Shown: positions 53,804-64,000 of the stretch, one piece after another
How positions within the stretch are numbered: position 1 is the first letter of the stretch
Layout: each line of letters begins with the position of its first letter
The notes under the pieces: model-generated
Seen by the model: the letters and a program-made list of their open reading frames with translations, nothing else
Database searches by the model: none
Told to the model about the DNA's origin: nothing
Source of the DNA: an uncultured Gemmatimonadaceae bacterium
GTDB lineage: Bacteria > Gemmatimonadota > Gemmatimonadetes > Gemmatimonadales > Gemmatimonadaceae
Direction: 5' to 3'
Assembly: GCA_963716745.1 (NCBI GenBank)
Contig: OY970320.1
Span: 2,080,001-2,144,000 of the forward strand
DNA length: 64,000 nucleotides
Program-made: the position numbers and the translations under genes

Positions 53804-54361
53804 ACTACCGGGAACCGATTACCGGGAACCGGTGTGGCATAACAACTCATTCCGTAACTGCTCCCCGCGAGAGGCTCGCGATGAGCCGGGTGAGCATCTG
53901 GCGGACGCGAATAGCGAGGGTCGACGCGCTCGAGAGCTCGGAGCCGCTGAGAAAGCCCAGGCGTTTCGTGCTCTCGAGGTGAGTGACCACCTCCGCAAGT
54001 GATCCGCGCGCGATCGCGAGAAAGTGGAGGTACTCGCGCCGGTGTGACCTCGCATTTCCTTCGGCAATGTTGGCGGGAATCGAGGATGCCGCGCGCCGCA
54101 GCTGATCAGCGAGGCGAGTGCGCTCGTAGTCGGGTAGGCGTGCCGCCAATCGGTATACCTCGACCATGAGGTCCATCGCGCGTTGCCAGACCTCCAATTC
54201 CTCGCAAGGCGCCGCCATAGCCCCTCCGTCGGCATCCACGATGATCGAAAGAAACGCCGCCGGCGTAACTCTTTCATTCCGCAGAGCACCATCCTGCCGC
54301 GCGCAGTAACACCATGCTTTGTCATGCCTCACCGGTTCCCGGTAACCGGTTCCCGGTAGTT
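53803..54361. mobile_element. Candidate cassette: four-helix-bundle gene bounded by 43-bp inverted repeats
   Basis: 53803-53845 and 54319-54361 are reverse complements at 40/43 positions. Confidence 0.55.
53847..54218 (-). CDS. Four helix bundle protein (23S rRNA IVP / TIGR02436-like)
   Basis: LEVWQRA, QLRRAASSIPANIAEG, FL.IARGS..E; 123 aa; GGAGG RBS. Confidence 0.92.
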   Translation of the reverse strand: MAAPCEELEVWQRAMDLMVEVYRLAARLPDYERTRLADQLRRAASSIPANIAEGNARSHRREYLHFLAIARGSLAEVVTHLESTKRLGFLSGSELSSASTLAIRVRQMLTRLIASLSRGAVTE

Positions 54362-54410
54362 CCTCCGTGCCGCGGTCGCGCAGACAGCTTCCTCGTGTCA
54401 CCTTTCCCCA

Positions 54411-55451
54411 ATGCCGAGCTCTCTCACTCTCGACTCCCTGACCCGCCGTTTCGGCGATAAGGCTGTCGTCGATTCGCTGAGCCTCGCGGTCGAAGCCGGC
54501 ACTCTGCTCGCTCTCGTCGGCGCCAGCGGTAGTGGGAAAACAACAACGCTAAGGATGGTCGCCGGCTACGACACGCCCGACGCCGGCAAAGTCCTCATCG
54601 ACGGCAAGGACATCACGAACGAGCCCGTCGCCAGTCGTGAGTTCGGCATGGTCTTCCAGCACTACGCCCTATTCCCGCACTTAAGAGTCGGCGAGAACGT
54701 CGCCTTCGGTCTCGAAGCGCGCGGCGTGAACAAGTCCGATCGCGAGAAACGCGCGACGGCCACGCTGACTACCGTCGGACTCGGCGGGGCAGGGAACCGC
54801 ACCGTTCAGTCCCTCAGCGGCGGCGAACAGCAGCGCGTCGCACTCGCGCGCGCCCTCGTGATCGAGCCCCGCGTATTGCTCCTCGATGAGCCCCTGTCGA
54901 ACCTCGATCCCACTCTGCGCCGCTCCATGCGCGATGAGCTCCGCTCGATGCTTCGTCGATTGAGCGTCACCGCTCTCTTCGTCACGCACGATCAAGAGGA
55001 CGCCTTCGCCGTCGCCGATCGCGTCGCGCTCCTCGCACACGGCAAACTCCTCCAGGTGGGTGCGCCCGAGGAGCTCTACGATGCCCCCGCGAATCGCGCG
55101 GTCGCCGAATTCATCGGCCGCGCCGCCCTCGTGCCCGCTACTTTCGATGGCGCGCGCGCCACGATCTCCATCGCCGGCGTGTCGTACAACTTCGCGGCGC
55201 GCGGTTCCGTTCGCGGCGACGCGCTCGCTGTCCTTCGTCCCGACGCCCTCATGCTCGCGCCCGAAGGCACCGCCCGCGCCTGGTTCGGTACGGTCACGTC
55301 GCGCCGTTTCGCCGGCGGTCATGTCGCCTACCATGTGAAGCTCAGCGACACCGTGGAAGTCGAAGTCATGAGCGCCGATCGCGACGTGCGCGAAGGATCC
55401 CGCATCGGCGTCACGATCGGCCACAAACCGATCGCGGTGGTCGCGCCGTGA
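54411..55451 (+). CDS. ABC transporter ATPase (FbpC/PotA-like)
   Basis: GASGSGKT, LSGGEQQR, LLLDEP, TOBE-like tail. Confidence 0.92.
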   Translation: MPSSLTLDSLTRRFGDKAVVDSLSLAVEAGTLLALVGASGSGKTTTLRMVAGYDTPDAGKVLIDGKDITNEPVASREFGMVFQHYALFPHLRVGENVAFGLEARGVNKSDREKRATATLTTVGLGGAGNRTVQSLSGGEQQRVALARALVIEPRVLLLDEPLSNLDPTLRRSMRDELRSMLRRLSVTALFVTHDQEDAFAVADRVALLAHGKLLQVGAPEELYDAPANRAVAEFIGRAALVPATFDGARATISIAGVSYNFAARGSVRGDALAVLRPDALMLAPEGTARAWFGTVTSRRFAGGHVAYHVKLSDTVEVEVMSADRDVREGSRIGVTIGHKPIAVVAP

Positions 55452-57124
55452 GCACCCCGCGCAGCCGCGGCACTTGGCTGCTCGCCGCGCCCGTGCTGGC
55501 GATCCTCGCCTGGGCGGTCGTCTACCCGAACGCCAACGTCATCGCCGGATCCTTCGCGCACGGGCTCGGCTACTGGCGCGAATTCGCCGGCAATCCGGGC
55601 GACCTCGAGGCGCTGCGCACCACGCTGCTCATCTCGATCGGTTCGGTGATCCTCGCCACGCTCATCGGCGTGCCGCTCGCCTTCCTCCTCACGCGCGTCG
55701 AATTCCCCGGCCGGCGCACGCTCGGCGCGGTCGCCACGATCCCCGCGGCGCTGCCGCCGCTCGTCGGCGTGATCGCCTTCCTCTTCCTGTACGGCGAGAG
55801 CGGCGTGGTCACGCGCGTCGTGCAGCGCATGCTCGGCCTCGAGAACCCGCCGTGGACGTTCACCGGTGTGTGGCCCATTCTCGTGGTGCACGCGTACGCG
55901 ATGTACGTGTATGTCTATCTCTTCGTCGCCGCGGGTCTCGAGCGCTACGACACGTCGCTCGACGAAGCGGCCTCCGGACTCGGCGCGAGCCGCGCGCTCC
56001 GCCTGCGCCGCATCACGCTGCCGCTGCTCACGCCGAGTTTGGCGGGCGCGATGCTGCTGGTGTTCATGAGCGCGCTCGGGAGTTTCTCCGCGCCGTACGT
56101 GTTCGGCGGCGGCCTTCGCGTGATGAGCACGCAGATCCTCGCGAGCAAGCTCAATGGCGCGATGGGGCTCGCCTACGTCGAGACCACGGTGCTCGCGCTG
56201 ACCGCGATCGCGGCGCTGGTGCTGCTGCGCTGGTTCGAGCGGCGGCGCACGTACGCGATGACGGGGAAGGGACGCGTCACGCGCACGGCGATCCCATCGC
56301 GCGCGGGGCGCGCGGTCGCGTTGGCCGGTGCGGCGGTGCTCGTGTTCATTCTCATTCTGCCGCATGCGATGCTCGTGCTCATCGCCTTCGCGCGCGATGG
56401 CGCGTGGACCACGCAGCTCCTGCCTCCCGAGTACACGCTGGAGAATTTCTCGCGGCTGTTGCACGACGCGGACCTCTGGACGCCGATCCGGAATTCGCTG
56501 CTCATGGGCGCGATCGCCGTCGCGGCGAATGCCGTCTTCTGTTTCGTCGCGGCCTATCTCATCGTGCTGCGCAAGTTCCGCGGACGCCGGGCGCTCGAGC
56601 TGCTGTCGGCGCTCCCTTGGGCGATCCCGGCGACGGCGATCGCGATCGGGCTCGCATCCACGTTCAACCGCAACGATCTCCTTTCTGCGCGCGTGCTCCT
56701 CGTGGGGACGTTCTGGATCTTGCCGCTCGCGTATTTCATCCGTGGCATCCCGCTCGTCTCGAACGCGGTGCAGGGCTCACTCGCGCAAATGGACCCGTCG
56801 CTCGAAGACGCCGCGCGCGGACTCGGCGCTTCGTGGTGGCTCACGATCAAGCGCGTGGTGCTGCCCGCGGCGCGGCCCGGTCTCGTGGCGGGCACGATGC
56901 TCGCCGCGGTGATGGCCGTCGGCGAATTCGTCGCGAGCATCGTGCTCTACACGCACTCCAACCGCCCGATCGCCGTCGAGATCCTCGCGCAGATCCGCGA
57001 TCTCGCGTTCGGCACCGGCGCCGCGTACAGCGTGCTGCTCATCATTCTCGTGCTCGCGATCACGCTCGGCGCGCGTTGGAGTGAATCGCGGCTGATCGCC
57101 GCGGAGACCGCGGCGCTGTCATGA
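55448..57124 (+). CDS. ABC permease with two modules (FbpB-like)
   Basis: Two EAA/DAA loops. Confidence 0.9.
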   Translation: MSTPRSRGTWLLAAPVLAILAWAVVYPNANVIAGSFAHGLGYWREFAGNPGDLEALRTTLLISIGSVILATLIGVPLAFLLTRVEFPGRRTLGAVATIPAALPPLVGVIAFLFLYGESGVVTRVVQRMLGLENPPWTFTGVWPILVVHAYAMYVYVYLFVAAGLERYDTSLDEAASGLGASRALRLRRITLPLLTPSLAGAMLLVFMSALGSFSAPYVFGGGLRVMSTQILASKLNGAMGLAYVETTVLALTAIAALVLLRWFERRRTYAMTGKGRVTRTAIPSRAGRAVALAGAAVLVFILILPHAMLVLIAFARDGAWTTQLLPPEYTLENFSRLLHDADLWTPIRNSLLMGAIAVAANAVFCFVAAYLIVLRKFRGRRALELLSALPWAIPATAIAIGLASTFNRNDLLSARVLLVGTFWILPLAYFIRGIPLVSNAVQGSLAQMDPSLEDAARGLGASWWLTIKRVVLPAARPGLVAGTMLAAVMAVGEFVASIVLYTHSNRPIAVEILAQIRDLAFGTGAAYSVLLIILVLAITLGARWSESRLIAAETAALS

Positions 57125-58411
57125 CCGGCGAGAAGCTCCCGCGTGTGGTGATCGTCGGCGGCGGCTTCGCCGGGATCTACGCCGCGAAGGCGCTCGCGCG
57201 TGAGAAGATCGAACTCACCGTGCTCGACCGGAACAACCACAACACCTTCGCACCGCTGCTCTATCAGGTGGCGATGGCGGTGCTGGCGCCAAGCGAGATC
57301 GCGTCGCCCATCAGGTGGCTGCTGAAGAAGCAGAAGAACACCAGCGTGCTGCTCGCGGACGTGGAGCGCATCGATGTCGCGCGGCGCGTGGTGATCGCGG
57401 ATGGCGGGAAGACCGAAGTGCCGTACGACTACTTGATCGTCGCCACCGGCAGCCGGCACTCATACTTCGGCCACCCTGAGTGGGAGTCGCTCGCACCCGG
57501 GCTCAAGACCGTGGACGACGCGCGCGAGATCCGCCGGCGTTTCCTGCTCGCTTACGAGTTGGCCGAGAAGGCGCCGACCGAGCGCGAACGCGACGAGCTG
57601 ATGACGTTCGTCATCGTAGGCGGCGGCCCCACCGGCGTGGAATTGGCGGGGATCCTGCCGGAAGTGGGGAAGCGCGGGATCATGGGTGAATTTCGCCGAG
57701 CGGACACGACGCGCACGCGCACCATACTGCTCGAAGGCGGGCCGCGCATTCTGCCCGCATTCAATGAGGAGATCTCAGCGGAAGCCCGGCGCGAGCTCAC
57801 CGGGCTCGGCGTGGAGGTACGCACCGGCGCGCTCGTGACGCGCATTGAAAGAGATGCCGTATACGTTGGCGACGAGCGGATCCCGTGCCGCACAGTCTTC
57901 TGGGCGGCGGGGAACCAGGCGTCACCGCTCGCGAAGACGCTCGGCGTGCCGCTCGATAAAGTGGGACGCGTGAAAGTATCGCCCGATCTCAGCGTGCCCG
58001 GTCATCCGGAGATCTTCGTGACGGGCGATCTCGCGGCGGTGGAGCAGGACGGCGCGCTGGTGCCCGGCGTGGCGCAGGGGGCGATCCAGGGCGGCCGGCG
58101 CGCCGCGAAGAACATCCGCCTCTTGCTGCGCGGCGAACCGACGCAGCCGTTCCGCTATTTCGACAAGGGCAATCTTGCGACCATCGGAAGGCACAAGGCG
58201 GTCGCGCAATTCGGCGACTTCGGCGTCACCGGCGCGCCGGCGTGGTTCCTGTGGCTGTTCATTCACATCCTCTATCTCGCCGGCTTCCGAAATCGCATCA
58301 TCGTCGCGATCGAGTGGGGCTACTGCCTACTTCACGTATCAGCGGGGTGCGAGGGTGCTGTCGGAGGAACAAACAGCTGCGGGAAGCGGGAAGCGGGAAG
58401 CGCCGCGATGA
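57121..58411 (+). CDS. ndh: Type II NADH dehydrogenase; 3' frameshift near 58325
   Basis: GGGFAG, PLLYQVA, GGGPTGVE, KGNLATIGR. Confidence 0.88.
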
Positions 58412-58481
58412 GCGACAACTGCGCGTTCACACAACGCGCAGTTCGCGTCCATCGCGGCGCTTCCCGCTTCCCGCTTCCCGC
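58379..58481. repeat. (CGGGAAG)3 heptamer hairpin
   Basis: Inverted arms plus inner AACTGCGCGTT/AACGCGCAGTT stem. Confidence 0.85.
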
Positions 58482-58486
58482 GCCGT

Positions 58487-59587
58487 CTATTGCACCACGA
58501 ACGTCGTGAACATCCCGCGCTTGATGTCGGACCGGCGGTCGGTGCCGTTGGTCACGAAGCTCGCGAGCACGTAAGTGCCGGGGGAGAGCGTTGCCGGGAA
58601 CTGCACCGTGCTTCCCGTCTCGATGCCGCCGGAGCCGCCCACGACGATCCCGGGCATCCTCGTACCGAGGTCCGCGGCCCAGGCCTTGAAGTCCTTTTCC
58701 GTCTTGTCGGGACTCAGCTTGAAGAGCACGACCTCGTGCGGGAACTTGCCCGTCAGGTTCGCCTGGAACACGCGCGGACCCGCCGCAACCGGGCCGGACA
58801 TCTTGATCGTGTACTCGTTCACCGTGGCCGTCACGTCGGGCGTCGGCATGGTGGCCTGCGGCGCGCTGTTCGCCGTCACCGTGAACGGCACGATCGTGCC
58901 CTGCTCGATGTACGGGGCATGCTCCGGGAAATCCCTGAGACCGATGATCGCGTAATTTCCAGCGGACAGGTCGATGGTCGCCATGGACGTCGCGCCCGCC
59001 ATCGACGCATTCGGTCCGCCGGCGAGCAGCACCCACTGCGGAAGCTTCGAGTTCTCCTTCATCGCCTGCTCGAGCTCGGCTTCGGTCTTCCCGTTCACGA
59101 GCTTCACGATCTGGATGTGCTGCAGCTTCGGACCATTGTTGACCAAGCTGACCGTCGTGAGGCCGGCCGGCACCGTCGCGGGCGCCGTGAGCATGTGAGC
59201 GTTCGAATGGATGACGAGCGCGTTGGGCTGCGGGCCATGATTCGCTGGCGCAGGCGCGGCAGGTGGCGCAGCCGCCATCGCTGGCGCGGCCGCGGGTGCA
59301 GGAGCGGGAGCGGCCATGGGAGCCGGCGCCGGCGGATTGGTCGCGGCGGCAGTGGCGGCGGTGGCGGCAGCGGCCTTGGCGGCGGGCTTCGTGTCAGACT
59401 TCTTCGCCATTGGCGCAGCGGCCGGCGTCGAGTCCGCGGCGGGCGCAGGAGTCGCGGCGACCGCAGCGGCGGGCGCGTTCTGCGGGATCGTGTCGAACGA
59501 TGGCTTGGAGTCGCCCTTACACGCCGCGAGCGACGCGAACGCGAGCAGTGCGGCGGAGCCAATGCGCGAATGAATGGAGCTGGTCAT
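58487..59587 (-). CDS. Lipoprotein with Ala/Pro linker and duplicated cupredoxin-like modules
   Basis: Lipobox LAAC; two N.G..H....GxY modules. Confidence 0.6.
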   Translation of the reverse strand: MTSSIHSRIGSAALLAFASLAACKGDSKPSFDTIPQNAPAAAVAATPAPAADSTPAAAPMAKKSDTKPAAKAAAATAATAAATNPPAPAPMAAPAPAPAAAPAMAAAPPAAPAPANHGPQPNALVIHSNAHMLTAPATVPAGLTTVSLVNNGPKLQHIQIVKLVNGKTEAELEQAMKENSKLPQWVLLAGGPNASMAGATSMATIDLSAGNYAIIGLRDFPEHAPYIEQGTIVPFTVTANSAPQATMPTPDVTATVNEYTIKMSGPVAAGPRVFQANLTGKFPHEVVLFKLSPDKTEKDFKAWAADLGTRMPGIVVGGSGGIETGSTVQFPATLSPGTYVLASFVTNGTDRRSDIKRGMFTTFVVQ

Positions 59588-59674
59588 GCATCCCCCGGGG
59601 TGTACGGTGACGCGGTCCGCCGTCTCGGTGGCCGCTTGAGACCGTAGACCATACCGCGCCTGGGGGCGGGGTGC

Positions 59675-59789
59675 AACTACGCGGGATTCGGGACTCGGGA
59701 CTCGCCGCGGGACTCGCGAACTGCGCGTTGGCTCATCGCGCAGTATTCGATTCCCGCGGCGAGTCCCGAGTCCCGAATCCCGCGTAGTT
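59675..59789. repeat. AACTAC...GTAGTT hairpin with (CGGGACT)n units (empty element)
   Basis: AACTACGCGGGATTCGGGACTCGGGACTCGCCGCGGG / CCCGCGGCGAGTCCCGAGTCCCGAATCCCGCGTAGTT. Confidence 0.88.
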
Positions 59790-61087
59790 CAGCGTCTCTC
59801 CTCCGCCAGCGCCACCGGTTCCTCCGCGGTGTCCTGCCGCGCGATCTCTTCGGATTGCCCCGAGTATCGGTTCAATCCGAAGCCGAGCCAAATGGTGCTC
59901 GCGACGAGAATGGCTGACGTCCCGAAGGGGACGATCGGCTTGAACGAATCCCACGCGAATCCGGCGTACAACGGATACAGGAAGCGCGCGATGCCGGCGT
60001 ACGTCTGCTGAACGCCCATATACAATCCGCGTTCGTGCTCTCCCACGACGCGTGACAACAGCCCCGTGGTCGCGGGGAAATTGAACGCAGTGCCCAATGG
60101 AATGAGCGCGGTCGCCAGCGCGAGCGGCACGTACGCCGCGAGACCCGGCAGCATCGATTTGTGCACCAGCGCCACACTGAGGATGCCAAGTGCCAACAAC
60201 GCGGTCCCGAAGCGCGCGGTGCGCACTTCGCCGAACTTGTCCACGACCGGCCCCACGAGGAACACGCGCACGAGCACGCTGATCGCGCCAATGTACGCGA
60301 AGAAGTAGCCGATGGTCAGCGCGGTGACGCCCCAGTAATCCTTGAGATAGAGCGACAGCACCGGATTGATCCCGTAGAACGCGCCCATGCAGATGGCATA
60401 CATCCAAATGAGCCGCGACGCCGGCTCGCCCGGATGCTCGAATACGCGAAGCACCACGGTCCAAGGCGACCGCGCGGTCCTGCTCTTCTCTCGCGCCTTG
60501 GCGGTCTGCCGCTCGGTGAGGTACCTGATCGCGAACCAGATGTTGATCATGCAGAGCAGTGCGGCGACCAGCCCGGGTCCATGCTCGCCGATGCGGAACA
60601 CCGCCTGCCCGCCGAGCACGGGGCCGAGCACCACGCCGAGATTGGTCGCGCTCGAGAGCCATCCGAGCCCGCGCGCCCGATTCTTGGGTTCCACCGCATC
60701 CGCGACATACGCCTGGATGACGCCGGTGGTCCCGCCGCCCGCGCCCTGGATCAGCCGGCACACGAAGAGCAATGCGTACGAGTTCGCGTACGCGAATACC
60801 ACGTAGGAGATTGCGGAACCGGTGAGCCCCGCGATGAGCGCCGGCTTTCGTCCGTAGCGGTCGGAGACGCGCCCCCAGAACGGCGCGCTGAGCAACTGCA
60901 TCGCCGCGAACGCCGAGATCAGCATGCTCACCTGGAACCCGTTCGCGCCGAACTTCGAGGCGTAGAACGGGAAGAGCGGGAATACCATCAGCCCGCCCAC
61001 CATATCGATGAAGGCGGTGGTCATCAGGATGCCGAGCTTCCCGACGTCACCGCCCCCCAGGGACTTCAATTGGTCTTCGAATGGCAT
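59789..61087 (-). CDS. MFS transporter, DHA1/TetA-like
   Basis: GRVSDRYGRKP motif A; GVVLGPVLGG motif C. Confidence 0.88.
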   Translation of the reverse strand: MPFEDQLKSLGGGDVGKLGILMTTAFIDMVGGLMVFPLFPFYASKFGANGFQVSMLISAFAAMQLLSAPFWGRVSDRYGRKPALIAGLTGSAISYVVFAYANSYALLFVCRLIQGAGGGTTGVIQAYVADAVEPKNRARGLGWLSSATNLGVVLGPVLGGQAVFRIGEHGPGLVAALLCMINIWFAIRYLTERQTAKAREKSRTARSPWTVVLRVFEHPGEPASRLIWMYAICMGAFYGINPVLSLYLKDYWGVTALTIGYFFAYIGAISVLVRVFLVGPVVDKFGEVRTARFGTALLALGILSVALVHKSMLPGLAAYVPLALATALIPLGTAFNFPATTGLLSRVVGEHERGLYMGVQQTYAGIARFLYPLYAGFAWDSFKPIVPFGTSAILVASTIWLGFGLNRYSGQSEEIARQDTAEEPVALAEERR

Positions 61088-61102
61088 CTTCACGCGCGCA
61101 AT

Positions 61103-61949
61103 CTACTCCGCTTTACCGAGTGACGCGGGTGGGACCGCTTTCTTCACCACCCCCGCGAGCGCGACGATGGTCAGCACATACGGGATCATCTGGATGAACT
61201 GCGACGGGATGAATTGCGTTCCCTGCAGCTGGATCTGCAACGTTTCCGCCGCCGCGAAGAAGAGACACGCCACGGCCGCGCGCATCGGGTCCCATCGCCC
61301 GAAGATCACCGCCGCGAGCGCGATGAAGCCGCGCCCCGCGGTCATCTCGCTCGGTGAACTGGTGCTGGTCGAGCGCGAGATATACCCCGCCCAGCGACGC
61401 GAGTGCCCCCGAGAGCGCCACGGCGATGAGACGCACGCGCGGCACCCGCACACCCAACGTCTCCGCCGCCTGCGGATGCTCGCCCGCCGCGCGCACGCGC
61501 AGCCCCCACGGCGTGCGGTACAGGAGCCACGCCAGCGCCATCGGCGCCGACGAGTCCGATCGCGATCAACGGGTCGACGCTCGAAGCCCGGCACGCGCGG
61601 CGAGTTCGATGAACTGTCGAACATCAACTTGAGCAGGAACCGCGTGAGCCCGATCACCAGCAAATTGATCGCGATGCCGCTCACCACCTGGTCCGCGCGG
61701 AACCGGAGCGACACGAGCGCGTGCACGAGCGCGAACAGCACGCCGCCGCCGATCCCGCAAAGAACCCCAATGGCCGGGCTCCCGCTGTAGTAGCTCCCCA
61801 CCGCGCCCGCGAACGCGCCGCTGAGCATGTAGCCCTCGAGCCCGAGGCTGATCACGCCCGCAGCGCTCGGCGATCACGCCCCCCGCCGCCGCGAAGAGGT
61901 ACGGGATCGCGATGCGCACGGTCTGCGCGAGGAACGCGAGCGCGCTCAT
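61103..61949 (-). CDS. Nucleoside/sugar ABC permease (NupC-like); frameshifted
   Basis: SLGLEG, DQVVSG, GRGFIALAA.IFG.W. Confidence 0.85.
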
Positions 61950-63019
61950 GGCTCGGTGCTCCGCCGTGCCGACATGCATCGCGCGCCGCACCTCGGGCAC
62001 GCGACGCCGCGACCGCGAGGATGACGATGCCCTGCAGCACCTCCACGAGCTGCTTGGGCACCATCGCGTTCACCGCGAGCCCGCCCTGCGACAGCGTCGC
62101 GAAGAAGAGCGCGGCCAGCACGACGCCGACCGGATGATTGCGTCCCACCAGCGCGACGGCGATGCCGAGGAAACCCGCGCCGCCGGCGAAGCCTTCCTCG
62201 TAGTAGTGCTTGTAGCCGAGCACGAAGTTGATGCCGCCGAGCCCCGCGAGCATGCCCGAGAGCATCATCGCGCGCATCCACGTGCGGCCGCGCGCACGCC
62301 GCCGTATTCGGCGGCGTCCGGCTGCAGCCCCACCGCGCGCAGCTCGTAGCCGCTGCGCGTGCGGAAGAGGAACCACCATGCCGCCACCGCGGTCGCGAGC
62401 ACGATCAGGATCGCCCACGTTCGCCGCCGAGCCGTGGAACACGTCCCGAATGTCGGAGAAACGCGTGAGCGCGCCGGCGTGGATCTCGGGCGTGTGCAGC
62501 GTCTCCGGGACGTGCAGGTGCGCGACGATGATCCAGTTGAGCAGCGCGAGCACGATGAAGTTGAGCATGATCGTCGTGATCACTTCGTGCGCGCCGAACT
62601 TCGCGCGGAGCGCACCGGGCACCCACCCGACGGCGCGCGCCGCCGGCCATGGCCGCCATCACGCAGAGCGTCCACGCGGCGAACACGCCGGCGTGCCAGC
62701 GGGGAGGATGATCCCCATGAGCGCCGCGGCGAATCCGCCCGCGGCCAGCTGGCCCTCGGCGCCGATGTTGAACAGTCCGGCGCGCAGGCCCGATCGACAC
62801 GGCGAGGCCGGTGGCGATGAGCGTGGTGGTCTTGTAGAGCACCTGGCCGAAGCCGTACCAATTACCCCACGTGCCCTCGAGCAGCAGCCGGTACACCGCC
62901 GCGGGCGATTGGCCCACGGCGAGGATGAGCAGATCGCCGGCCACGAGCGCGACGAGCAGCGCCACCAGTGGCGGCAGCAGCGCCGCTTCAGCGCGCTCCC
63001 TCAATTCGGCGCGCGTCAT
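61946..63019 (-). CDS. Nucleoside/sugar ABC permease (NupB-like); frameshifted
   Basis: HEVITTIMLN, GF.GIAVALVGRNHP. Confidence 0.85.
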
Positions 63020-64000
63020 GCGGCGCTCGCTCCCGCGCCCGTCATGAGCGGCCCGAGCGATGCCTCGCTCGCGTGCGCGCGGGGCATGACGCCCACGATG
63101 CGCCCGCCGTACATCACGGCCACGCGATCCGCGAGCGCGAGGATCTCCTGCAGCTCCGCGCACACGAGCAGCACCGCCTTCCCGTCGGCACGCGCGCGGC
63201 GCAGCTGCGCGTGGATGAACTCGATCGCGCCGACGTCCACGCCGCGCGTCGGCTGCGCGGCCAGCAGCACGCGGTACTCGCCGCCCATCTCGCGCGCGAT
63301 CACGATCTTCTGCTGGTTCCCGCCGGAGAGCGCGCGAGCGGGCAGGGAAGCATCCGGCGGCCGGATGTCGAAGCGCTCGACCGCCGCGCGCGCGTTGCGC
63401 TCGATGTGCCCGCGGTCGAGTCCCGCGAAGCTCGCGAACCGGTCCTGCCGGCCGAGGATGAGATTGTCGGCCACCGAGTAGTCGAGGATCAGCCCGCGGC
63501 GGTGGCGGTCCTCGGGGATGTGCGCGAGGCCGATCAGTCCGCGCTCGCGCACGGAGAGCGCGGTGATGTCGGCGTCGCCGAGCAGCACCGCGCCGGAGGC
63601 GACGGGACGGAGTCCGGCGATCGCATCGAGCAGCGCGCTCTGGCCGTTGCCCTCGACGCCCGCGATGCCGAGGATCTCGCCGGGCGCTACGGTGAAGGAG
63701 ACGCCATCCACTTCGCGCGGGCGCCGCGCGCCGGCGACGACGAGATCACGCACCGTGAGCGCCGCGCTCGCGCCCGCGGGCACCGCGCTCGCGACGAACG
63801 ATGCCGCGCCGGCGAGCGCCACTTCGCGCCCCACCATCGCGACCGCGATCGACGCGGGCGTCGTCTGCGCGGTCACCATGCGCGCCACGGTCTCGCCGCG
63901 GCGCATCACCGTGATGCGATCCGACACCTGCATGACCTCATCCAGCTTGTGCGTGATGAGCACGATCGTGCCGCCGCCCGCCTTCAGCGCGCGCAGCACT
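63016..64000 (-). CDS. Nucleoside/sugar ABC ATPase (NupA-like); 5' partial
   Basis: ITHKL, GVEGNGQ, IPEDR, LSGGNQQK, QPTRGVD. Confidence 0.9.
   Translation of the reverse strand, partial: VLRALKAGGGTIVLITHKLDEVMQVSDRITVMRRGETVARMVTAQTTPASIAVAMVGREVALAGAASFVASAVPAGASAALTVRDLVVAGARRPREVDGVSFTVAPGEILGIAGVEGNGQSALLDAIAGLRPVASGAVLLGDADITALSVRERGLIGLAHIPEDRHRRGLILDYSVADNLILGRQDRFASFAGLDRGHIERNARAAVERFDIRPPDASLPARALSGGNQQKIVIAREMGGEYRVLLAAQPTRGVDVGAIEFIHAQLRRARADGKAVLLVCAELQEILALADRVAVMYGGRIVGVMPRAHASEASLGPLMTGAGASAA

Noticed and set aside
53847..54218. Diversity-generating retroelement or rRNA intervening sequence
   Set aside because: No reverse transcriptase, TR/VR pair or rRNA in the window.

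Overview
GC-rich bacterial chromosome segment. Gene content and signal-peptide style suggest Gemmatimonadota (inference). Many genes are split by single-base frameshifts, most likely long-read indel errors. Most of the window is housekeeping, transport and hydrolase genes: pgl, a VPS10-type glycosyl hydrolase, ada/alkA, metK, pntAB, sucA, NDH-2, two ABC systems and a type IV pilin with a sigma54-type promoter. Two things stand out. (1) A tightly coupled operon at about 22690-29190 looks like an uncharacterised RiPP (modified-peptide) system. It encodes a 60-aa peptide with a lasso-type leader and a Gly-rich core with no Asp/Glu, a 14-repeat RCC1 lipoprotein, a radical SAM enzyme, a TolB-like lipoprotein, a stand-alone PqqD/RRE and an HPr-kinase-like P-loop protein. 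No lasso cyclase or leader peptidase is present in the window. (2) Several families of long palindromic intergenic repeats occur. One heptamer-based family has AACTAC...GTAGTT ends, and one member encloses a four-helix-bundle (23S IVP/Avd-like) gene inserted antisense inside an ABC operon. No rRNA, tRNA, CRISPR array or transposase was recognised.
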